A DNA stretch of 37,080 nt from Thraustochytrium aureum (lineage: Eukaryota): the NCBI GenBank assembly GCA_012862495.1, contig BLSG01000213.1, forward strand, positions 68,802 through 105,881, in the 5' to 3' direction. The position numbers and the translations under genes were made by a program. A model generated the notes under the pieces. The model saw only the letters and a program-made list of their open reading frames with translations, did no database searches and was not told the origin of the DNA. How positions within the stretch are numbered: the stretch's first letter is position 1; each line of letters starts with the position of its first letter. Shown here in pieces: positions 20,724 to 30,183 of this stretch.

Positions 20724-22234
20724 TCATGCAAGCGGCATGTGGTCGCCGTCCTGCTCGCCCAACAGCTCGTTTAGCTCCTTGATGACAGACGCGAACTTGA
20801 GGCTCATAGTCCCATCCGCCGGGTTCAGGACATCAGAAAACCCCTCCATGGCGTTGAGCTTAAACTCGTCGGGGAAGGAAAACACGATGACGAGGCGAGC
20901 ATCACCGCCCTCGTCCCAGGTCACCGCCCCCTGCACAAACATCGAGGTGATCCGGTTGGCGCTCTCGAACTGAGCCACGCTGTGCTGCGTGGTCGACATG
21001 GCGAGCACCGTCGCATTTACCTTGCCAAGATCGCGCTTGGCGCGCTTGGCACGCGGCTCGCCCTCCGGGCCCGCAGCGCCGCCCTCTGTCGAGCCCGAGC
21101 GACCCATGATTGCCGCAAGGAAGCCGCCCCCGCTAGCGGCCCGACGGCGAGCCAAGCCGGGGTCCTCCACGCCGTGGCAAGGCGGCACCGACAGCGTGCT
21201 GCGCGCGAGCTGCTTGAGCTGCCGGTTGCACAGCACGACCCAGTCCTGGTCCTTCTGCGGCGCCTCCACCTTTTCGCGAAAGTAGACCATCTTGGTGTCC
21301 TTGTCCGGCATGTCGTCCGCGAGCTGGGTCAGCTCAATGTTGTTCACCCTGTACAAGCGCTGCTGGATGTCCACGTTGCTGAACGAGTTCCACAGAAAGT
21401 CTGACACGCTCGAGCACTCGAAACCCGGGAAAGTCAGGTCGACGCGCACGTTGAGCCGCTGCCGCCGAGCCGGGCCTTCCGACTTTTCGCCGTACTCGGT
21501 CTTGAACTTGTAGCAAAAGTGAAAGTTNNNNNNNNNNNNNNNNNNNNNNNNNNNNNNNNNNNNNNNNNNNNNNNNNNNNNNNNNNNNNNNNNNNNNNNNN
21601 NNNNNNNNNNNNNNNNNNNNNNNNNNNNNNNNNNNNNNNNNNNNNNNNNNNNNNNNNNNNNNNNNNNNNNNNNNNNNNNNNNNNNNNNNNNNNNNNNNNN
21701 NNNNNNNNNNNNNNNNNNNNNNNNNNNNNNNNNNNNNNNNNNNNNNNNNNNNNNNNNNNNNNNNNNNNNNNNNNNNNNNNNNNNNNNNNNNNNNNNNNNN
21801 NNNNNNNNNNNNNNNNNNNNNNNNNNNNNNNNNNNNNNNNNNNNNNNNNNNNNNNNNNNNNNNNNNNNNNNNNNNNNNNNNNNNNNNNNNNNNNNNNNNN
21901 NNNNNNNNNNNNNNNNNNNNNNNNNNNNNNNNNNNNNNNNNNNNNNNNNNNNNNNNNNNNNNNNNNNNNNNNNNNNNNNNNNNNNNNNNNNNNNNNNNNN
22001 NNNNNNNNNNNNNNNNNNNNNNNNNNNNNNNNNNNNNNNNNNNNNNNNNNNNNNNNNNNNNNNNNNNNNNNNNNNNNNNNNNNNNNNNNNNNNNNNNNNN
22101 NNNNNNNNNNNNNNNNNNNNNNNNNNNNNNGTCAAAGTCATCGCCCAGCGTGTTTTCGTTCACCAGGTCATTAAAGAAAAGCTGCTCTCGCTCTCCGGCA
22201 CGAGCGCAGCGGCGCCGGGCTCCTCGGCTGCCAT
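20724..22234 (-). CDS. Hypothetical protein with C-terminal START/SRPBCC-like alpha/beta domain; middle lies in gap
   Basis: Long protein-like frame 21527-20724 with alternating strands and a long C-terminal helix (LNVRVDLTF..VSDFLWNSF..MVYFRE..DWVVLCNR..TVLAMST..VQGAVTW..RLVIVFSF..KFASVIKEL). The N-terminus MAAEEPG (ATG 22234) joins NDLVNENTLGDDFD after a one-T correction near 22177-22180. The fold call is inference. Confidence 0.6.
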
Positions 22235-22361
22235 CCTCTCAAAAGCGCCGACTGCGCCGTAGCAAACGCCCTCGCGCCGCCGGCCGTCTGAAGGCGTCGC
22301 ACAGCCGAGCGCGCGGCAAGGACTAGCTGGAGCTCTGCGACGCCCGACCTACGCCGTATTG

Positions 22362-22479
22362 CTTTCGCGCGGGACCAGAGCCCTCGACAAGCGCCAAACG
22401 ACCTGCGCCGTGCCGCTGTCGCGCGGGACCAGAGCCCTCGACAGGCGCCAAACGACCTGCGCCGTGCCGCTTTCGCGCG
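22362..22479. repeat. Tandem duplication, 2 x 54 bp
   Basis: gcgcgggaccagagccctcgaca(a/g)gcgccaaacgacctgcgccgtgccgct(g/t)tc occurs twice. Confidence 0.9.
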
Positions 22480-22702
22480 CGAGCGAGACGAACGAGCCGC
22501 AGCCGCAGCCGCAGCGAGCGCGAGAGCCAAGCCCAGCTGCTGCGCAGCCCACGCCCCGCGCCTTCAGGGTCTGCCAGTGGCTTTTGGACACGAGTCTCGC
22601 GTGTGTTTGTTTGTTTTGTTTGGGTATTCTGCGCACTCTTGAACGTCAATGCACCAGAAGCGTTTCGTCCTACCTTCTGCATTGCCTTCAAAAAACTTTC
22701 AA

Positions 22703-22756
22703 GATTGCCAACGATGTTGATTGCCAACGATGTTGATTGCCAACGATGTTGATGTT
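22703..22756. repeat. Tandem 3 x 16 bp
   Basis: gattgccaacgatgtt occurs three times, followed by gatgtt. Confidence 0.9.
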
Positions 22757-22877
22757 GATGAGCTTGATCGCGGCGGCGCCCGGATTGGGCCTGCGAGAGC
22801 GTGGCGCGCGTGGGAGCAAAGCAAGCTGGTGCTTTGTTGTAAGAAGCGGTGTGGTTGGGTTGGTTCCTTCTACTTAC

Positions 22878-24425
22878 TTAGTTCAGCAGTGCTTTGAGCC
22901 GTGAAACGTACAGCGACGCCTGGCGGCCAAGGTCCTCCGTCGCCTCGCGTGCGCTCTCCGCGCATGCCACGGCCAAGCCTCGCAGCGCTTGGACGCTGAA
23001 CAAGGCCAGGATGTGGTGGAGAACCCCGGCAAGCTGCTGAAGGGAACCGCCGTGCACCACATTGGTGGCCCAGGCGTACGCGTCATGGGGCGCAGAGCGC
23101 AAGCGCACCAGTTGCTCCCGTCCCCAGCGACGCAAGACACGGCGAATCGCGTGGACGAGGAGCCCGCGCTCTTGCAGAGAACGGAGACCCCGCATCTGCA
23201 AGTCAAGGCTTCGAGCCCATGCGCACAACAGAGTCGCCAGGACTCTGACAAGCAGGAGCACGCAGGACCAGGCCGGCCTAAGCGCAAGCTCGTTGACCGC
23301 CTCGTCGCGGGCAGCGAGCAAACCTTCGCGTGCCTTGTCAAGGTTGAGCGCGCCAGACGCTGTTGGTGACGCCAATGTGCAGCATGTGCCACCATCGCCT
23401 GCGGACGCGGCCGGCGATCGGCAGGGGCCTGGCAACGGGCTCGCGCCTTTGGAGCCGCGCCCGACAGACCGCGGTGACCCAGTCGCGCTCTGAGCGGCAG
23501 TCGAGCTCAGGGCCCCAATCCACGCCTCCTTTTCGGCGGCTGTCTCGGCCACAAGGACAAGCGAGCGCTCAGCCCCATGCAGAACAAATGCGTTGTGGGC
23601 CCCGAGCGCGAGCGGCGAGCCGTCCTCGAGGTCTTGCACCTTGCGAACCTGCAACTTGCCCCGAAAATGCCACTGCTTGTGCCTGTCGCCAACCCCGAGC
23701 ACTCTGGAAGCAGGTGGGCGCGCATACACGACGCAGTCGTTAAACACAAAAACCCTGCGCCGCCTGCGGTGCTTGCGGCTGCACACTTTCAGGAGCTCGC
23801 CCTCCTTGAGGAGCGTCCGGTGAGTCGCGAAAAGGGCGACCTCTTCGCCCACCTCGTCGAACGCGAGCGAGCTCTGAACCTCCCACACTTTGACCGCGTT
23901 CTCCTTGGCGCGAATCGTCTCGTTCGCGTCGTTGGCCACCTCCATCATCAATCGCAAGCCCTCTTGGCAGCACACGTAGTCGCCGTCGCGCTCGTCCAGA
24001 GCTTGAGACATCTCGCGAAGCATTAGGATATGCCGCGGGAGCCGCTGGATGGGCATGATCATCAGCGACAAGAGAGAGTGGCCCGTGCTTTGCTCGCACG
24101 CAGTCACGACGTTGCGGAAGTCGGCATTGCTTTGCGTCAAGCTGCACACGCGAGCGACCGCTTCGCCGTGGTCTCGGCAATACTCACTGTATAGCCTGTA
24201 GTACGGAGCGAGCTGCCGGTACAATTCCCCAACCCTCTTCTCCTTCAGCGCGATCTCTAGGTCTGCGATGAACTGCTCGCTGAGATCGTGCAGCTGCTCG
24301 GCGTTGGAGAATATGATTCGACTGGAGCCGCGGTCTTGCTCGCCCAAGACGAGCTCCACGGCGGGCTTAAACTCATCTACGAGGAGCCACACGAACGCTT
24401 TGAACCGTTTCTCCGTCTCAAGCAT
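22878..24425 (-). CDS. Dbl-family Rho guanine nucleotide exchange factor (DH-PH), FGD-like core, with a helical C-terminal region
   Basis: DH domain EMLETEKRF..IIFSNAEQL..YRLYSEYC..LLSLMIMPIQRLPRHILML..ANETIR. PH domain RTLLKEGELLKVC..RRVFVFNDCVVYA..NAFVLHGAERSLVLVAETAAEKEAWIGAL. The frame stays open upstream to about 24666 without an ATG, so the true start is uncertain. Confidence 0.9.
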   Translation of the reverse strand: MLETEKRFKAFVWLLVDEFKPAVELVLGEQDRGSSRIIFSNAEQLHDLSEQFIADLEIALKEKRVGELYRQLAPYYRLYSEYCRDHGEAVARVCSLTQSNADFRNVVTACEQSTGHSLLSLMIMPIQRLPRHILMLREMSQALDERDGDYVCCQEGLRLMMEVANDANETIRAKENAVKVWEVQSSLAFDEVGEEVALFATHRTLLKEGELLKVCSRKHRRRRRVFVFNDCVVYARPPASRVLGVGDRHKQWHFRGKLQVRKVQDLEDGSPLALGAHNAFVLHGAERSLVLVAETAAEKEAWIGALSSTAAQSATGSPRSVGRGSKGASPLPGPCRSPAASAGDGGTCCTLASPTASGALNLDKAREGLLAARDEAVNELALRPAWSCVLLLVRVLATLLCAWARSLDLQMRGLRSLQERGLLVHAIRRVLRRWGREQLVRLRSAPHDAYAWATNVVHGGSLQQLAGVLHHILALFSVQALRGLAVACAESAREATEDLGRQASLYVSRLKALLN

Positions 24426-24593
24426 CTCTGCACCGACGCGTTCCCAGTGCTCTGGGGGCCCGGCTTCGCCGCGGTTGCCTTGCTGCCTGCCGCCGGCGTC
24501 ATCACGTTCGGGGAGACATTCTGCTGCAGCGCTAGCGCTGCCGGCATCCTCGCGCTCCGCGTCGCCAGGCAGCCCCCCTGCGTACCCGCCAAG

Positions 24594-24745
24594 TAGCCTG
24601 CCCTTTGCGGTCGCTCGGCAGCGGAATGAATGCGTGGTCGCGTCGCTGTTTCGCTCGCGCGCAGATTTTTAGCCTGCCCTTTGCGGTCGCTCGGCAGCGG
24701 AACGAATGCGTGGTCGCGTCGCTGTTTCGCTCGCGCGCAGATTTC
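24594..24745. repeat. Tandem duplication, 2 x 76 bp, at the RhoGEF 5' end
   Basis: tagcctgccctttgcggtcgctcggcagcggaa(t/c)gaatgcgtggtcgcgtcgctgtttcgctcgcgcgcagattt starts at 24594 and 24670. Confidence 0.92.
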
Positions 24746-25362
24746 TACTTCGCGCAAGTCCGGTTTGCTGTGGTCGCCGCCCACGAGCCGAACGCACCCG
24801 GACTATTCTCCATCTGCAGCTGGCTTCCTTTCTCTTTCGAGGTCTTCAGTTCAGACGACTGACGTCAGCGATTCATGTCGCGCAGCGTTGCGGCGCGGAC
24901 CCTGCACAATTTTCACAAACCCGCGCCTTGTCGCTCCAAGGTAGGCCAAACTGGGCCTTCCCAAATCATCCGCCCCGCCGGCGCCCGAGCCCAGCGCAAC
25001 ACAGGGGCCAAAGCCGAGGTTGGCGACCCGAGCCGCGATCGCTCGCAGCGCCACGCCGCAAGCCAGCGAGTGCTCCGGTGGAAGACCACGCGAGTTGCGG
25101 TGGTCGCGCATCAGCGATCGTGTTCAACAATCTCGAAATCAATCAACGAGTTGACGCGCCCGACTCCGACCCCGCTAAACCGAACAGGCCCTCAAATTGC
25201 CAACCACATGACCATGCATGTTTGGAACAGCAGCAGAGCCACGCACCAGCGGGGAGAGCAGCGAAGCCCCTCTGCGCGCACGCAGGCCGGCCGTGGGACC
25301 AGACCAGGGAGCCGCAGCACAAAGTCCTGCCCGCTTTCCTCGTGCCCGCTCGCATCGGCGCA

Positions 25363-28300
25363 ATGGGCCGCAAGCCAAAGCCAGGCCAGGTGATCAAGTC
25401 CCGCGGCGAGCTCCAAGCGCAGGGGCTGACGATCAAGGAGTGGCAGAGGACGCCAAAGCAACTGCTCGGCGAGTTTTGCCAGAACCAGAAGCGCTCGAGG
25501 CCCTTCTTCAAGCCCGCACCGTGCAGGGACGAAGGCAGGTTTCGCGTTCGTGTGGTGCTGCGCGACCCGAAAGGCAACAGCGAAAAGGACGTCGTTCTTG
25601 TGACCGTGGAGAGCTACGCGAGCCAAAACGAGGCCGAGCACGCCACCGCCCTCCTCGCGCTCAAAACCCTCGATGGCGACAGGCAGCACGACAGGCGCCT
25701 TCCCGAGCCGTACCGCACAGCGTGGATCGAAATGAGCGGCGGCGCGGGGGCCCAGGGAGACAGCACCTCCAAGACAGCTGCTAAGCGCGAGAAGAAGGCC
25801 GCCGCCAAGGCCGCCGAGTTCAACTGCGAGTGGTGCGACAAAACGTTCAGCAAAGAGCACGGGCTGGCCGCTCACCTCAAGCAGCAGCACGCCGACGAAA
25901 TAGCAGCTGCAGAGGCCGCGCTACTCGCTGCAGAAGACGAGGACGAAGAGGGGCCAGACGATGGGGCCGGGGCCAGTATGGCGAGCGCATCCGAGGCCGA
26001 CTCGTTCGATCTCTTCGCTTCGCGCCCTGCTTCGATGATGGGCTCTGCCGCCCAGGCGCCAGCTCGAACCGCAGAACCCGAACCGCTCAAGATCTCGCAG
26101 CAAGGCAAGTTTGCAACGCAACAGGAGCGGCGCCTCGCGACCCAGGCGCGCCAAGAGACGTTTCGGTCTGCGCATCGCAAGCGCGAGCAGATCAAGAACA
26201 GCAACCCCTACTCGACTGTGTTCATGAGCGAAGAGCACCGCGCATTTGTCGAGGGCGTTGTGCGAGCCTACGGGGAGTCGCTTTCAGAGAAGAGCGGCGC
26301 CGGCGATGCCCCGCGAGGCGCTGGGGACAGCGGCAAGATTGACCGGTCCTCCGCGCTGTTCGCGCCGCTTGTTGAATTGGGGTTTAGGGAGCAGGACGTG
26401 AGCGACGCCATCGCGCATTGCGGCGCGGGCGCTTCGCAGGACGAGTGTCTCGACTGGCTTTGCATCTACGCCCCAGAAGAGTATCTGCCAAAGGGCTTTG
26501 ATCCGCGCGGCAAACAGCTCGAGGTGTATTCCCGCACCGCCAAGTCGACGTTGGAGTTTTGCGTGGACCTCTTGAACGAGGCAATAGGGGCGGAAGGCGC
26601 GGCGGCTGTTCCGCACGTGGCGGACGTTTCGCACCACTTGGATCGACTCTTTATCGCTTACGGTTCCTTTGTCTCCACGCACGTCGGCGAGCAGTGGCCG
26701 GTAGAGCACGGCGGCGAGACCGACCCCGAGCTCCTCGAAGAGTTTGAGCAACTGCGGCAAGACGAGCTTTTGGCGCTGGAGGCCATGTTTGAAAATGGCG
26801 AGCTCGAGTCGGAGCGCGGCCTCCAAACTACGGGCACAAGCGGAGCACCCGCGCACGAGGTCGAGCGGCACGTGGTGCGCCTCGGCGCGATCGACAGCGT
26901 GCCTGGGGAAAGCAAGCTGGAGATTTACTTTGTCGCCGGGTCAGACGCCTTGCACCAGTACCCAAAGCAGGCAGCTGCAGTTCTCTTCTGGAACTCTGAG
27001 CTGAACCGCCACATCAATGCGCACATGACTGCGGAGCTCGCAAAGCACGCCCACACGCTCCGCGACAGCCCTCAGATCTACGAGCTCTGGGACCACGCTC
27101 GCAGCCTCCTGCCCCAGATCGTTGCACAGCGACCCCGATTCCCCTTTCCTGTGAAAGACGCCTGGGCCGCCGCCCACCCAGGCGCGACCAAGGCCTCAGA
27201 CATCCTGGACGCCGGCGACGAGGGCGGCGAGGGTCCGAGCGCCTGGCCGCGGCGCAGCCCGTGGGCGCCGCGGCGGACGTGGCGGCAACGCCTCCCGTGG
27301 ACCGCACGGGCAGCAGCAACATTCAAGCAAGTCTCTGCAGGAGGAGCAGGCGCGGAAGAAGGCCCAGGACAAGGCTTACCAGGCGATGCTTGCAGCGCGC
27401 GCCAATCTCCCGGCCTACAAGCAGCGCGACGAGGTGCTCGACATGGTCGGGGCCAACCAAGTCACCCTGATCTCGGGCGAGACTGGGTGCGGCAAGACCA
27501 CGCAGGTGCCCCAGTTTCTCCTCGACGACCATATTGAGCGCGGGCACGGCGGCGAGGTCAACATCCTGTGCACTCAGCCGCGGCGCCTGGCAGCGATCGG
27601 GGTGGCGCAGCGCGTTAGCGACGAGAGGTGCGAGCAAAGTGTGGGCGGCACGGTTGGGTACCAGATCCGGCTCGAGAACAAAACGAGCAGCAAGACGCGA
27701 CTCACCTTCGTCACGACCGGCATTTTGCTGCGCCGTCTCCAGGGCGACCCCGACCTTTCCGGCGTGAGCCACGTCGTCGTGGATGAGGTGCACGAGCGCA
27801 ACGTGGACACCGACTTTTTGCTCAGCATCCTGAAGAGCCTCCTGCCCCGGCGCCCGGACCTCAAGCTAATTCTCATGAGCGCCACCATGGACGCACTAGA
27901 GTTCTGTGACTACTTTGCCACTCGCGCAGTAGTGGAGATCCCGGGGTTCGTCCACCCCGTGCAGGACCTCTTCCTCGAGGACGTGGTGCGGACCGTAAAC
28001 TACCAGCTCGGAGCAGACCCCGACAACGCGGGCATGGCCATGAGCCAGCTGGAAAAGCACACCGACTACGATCTGCTCGCCTCCCTCGTCCTGCACATCC
28101 ACCTGTCCAATCCTGGAAACGACGGGTCTGTGCTCGTCTTCATGTCGGGCGCAGCCGAGATCGGGCGCGCCACCTCGGCGATCCAAAAGCGCGTCGGAGG
28201 CGACTTGATGGTGCTCCCTTTGCACGGTGGGCTGTCGGGCAAGGACCAGAGCCGCGTGTTCGCGCGAGCCCCCAAGGGGATGCGCAAGGTCGTTGTCTCC

Positions 28301-30049
28301 ACAAACGTTGCCGAGACCTCAATCACGATCGACGACGTCGTGTTCGTGATCGACTCGGGCAAGCACAAAGAGACGCAGTACGACCCGATTAATCGCATGT
28401 CGATGCTCGTCGAAACGTGGGTTTCCCGCAACAGCGCCAGGCAGCGCCGGGGCCGCGCAGGCCGCGTACGCCCAGGGATGTGCTTCAAGCTCTACACGCG
28501 CAAGCGCCACGATTTCTACTTTGACCAGGCGCAGCTCCCGGAAATCCACCGCGTGCCGCTGGAGCAGCTCGTGCTGCAGATTCTGGCCACAAAGCTTGGC
28601 CAGCCGCACGAGTTTATGGGAACGCTGATGGAGCCGCCGCCCTCCATTTCGGTCAGCGAAGCGGTGCGCCTTCTCGTAGACGTTGGGGCAGCGCGGACTG
28701 TGCAGGAGGCCGAGGCGTCGCGCTCGGGGGCAAAGGGCCAGCGCCCCAAGGGCGGTGCGCGCTGCCTGCACGAGCTCACGCCGCTGGGCCGCCATCTCGC
28801 GCTGCTTCCCATGGACGTGCGCATCGCGAAAATGCTCATTTACGGCTCCCTCCTGCAATGCGCGGACCAGGTCCTCACGATTGCCGCCACGCTCAGCGTG
28901 CGGAACCCGTTCGTCTCCCCNNNNNNNNNNNNNNNNNNNNNNNNNNNNNNNNNNNNNNNNNNNNNNNNNNNNNNNNNNNNNNNNNNNNNNNNNNNNNNNN
29001 NNNNNNNNNNNNNNNNNNNNNNNNNNNNNNNNNNNNNNNNNNNNNNNNNNNNNNNNNNNNNNNNNNNNNNNNNNNNNNNNNNNNNNNNNNNNNNNNNNNN
29101 NNNNNNNNNNNNNNNNNNNNNNNNNNNNNNNNNNNNNNNNNNNNNNNNNNNNNNNNNNNNNNNNNNNNNNNNNNNNNNGCGGCGCCAGTTCGCGGAGCGC
29201 TACTTTTTGCACCACCAGGCCTTGTGCGAGGCCCGCGACCTCAAGCGCGACCTGCGCCGGACGCTCGAGCAGATCGGCTTTGACGGGAGCTCGTCGGCGA
29301 TGCGCGGGGCCGGGGGCTCTGTTCTCTCCCGCGAGTCTGTCGCGCTGGTCAAAGCCGCGCTGTGCGCAGGCCTTTACCCGAACGTGATCAATGTGCGCAA
29401 GCCGATCCAGCGATACGCGGAGACGCAAGGTGGTGCAGTGGAAAAGGCGCCGGAGGCGCACATGCTCAAGATGATGGTGCAGCGCCCCCCGGACCCGGAG
29501 GACCTTGCTTTTGGGCTGGAAGGTGGCGAGTCCGAGTCGTCGAAGCAAGACCCCACCGAGGACCCTGATGCTGAGCCCGACAAGGCCTTGTCTTTCGCAG
29601 CGCTGATGGCCAAGGCAAAAGCGGAGGTTGCTCTTGATCGTGGGAAGAGCGGGTACAAGGGCGACAACGCGCTGGACCGTGTGTTTTTGCACCCCTCGTC
29701 GGTCAACTTTGAGCAGCGCGAGTACCACAACCCATGGATGGTGTTCCGCGAAAAGGTCAAGACCAGCAAGGTATTTATTCGCGACTGCACGGTGGTGCCG
29801 CCATACAGCTTGCTCATGTTTGGCGGTGACATTGTCGTGCAGCACGAGAAGGGCACTGTGACGGTGGGCGGCTGGATCACCTTCCGCGCCCAAGCGCGGA
29901 TCGGTGTGCTCGTGCGCGAGCTGCGCAGGTTGCTGGACCGCTTGCTGGACAAGAAGATCAGCGACCCGCGCCTCGACATCGCCAGCACTGACGTCTTGCT
30001 GTCCATCAAGAAGCTCATCGTTAGCAGTGGGTTCAAGATCGGGGCATAG
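25363..30049 (+). CDS. DEAH/RHA RNA helicase, DHX57/DHX29/YLR419W-like (dsRBD-like, C2H2 finger, UBA, RWD, RGG, helicase core, HA2, OB); one apparent frameshift near 27244; internal gap
   Basis: N-terminus MGRKPK..TPKQLLGEFCQ..EAEHATALLAL..LPEPYR.AW. UBA LVELGFREQDV..CLDWLC..LPKGF. RWD RQDELLALEAMF..YP. Helicase motifs GETGCGKTT, TQPRR, DEVH, MSAT, TNVAETSITI and QRRGRAGR. HA2 LTPLGRHLALLPMDVRIAKML. OB VFLHPSSVN..KTSKVFIRD. Confidence 0.93.
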
Positions 30050-30183
30050 AGCTCGGAAAGTGTAAGGACGGTTTCTTTCGCAGTTTTGGCTGCACGGTCT
30101 GTTGAGCGCTCTGCCTGCGATTTTATCTCCCGTGTGGCCCGGGCTGCTGTTGGACGCGCGAGTGCTTTGAAAGTGAAAACGCG

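Noticed and set aside
24706..25362. 219-aa N-terminal extension of the helicase ORF
   Set aside because: It starts inside the 76-bp duplication and reads as GC-rich non-coding DNA. Family similarity begins at MGRKPK (25363).
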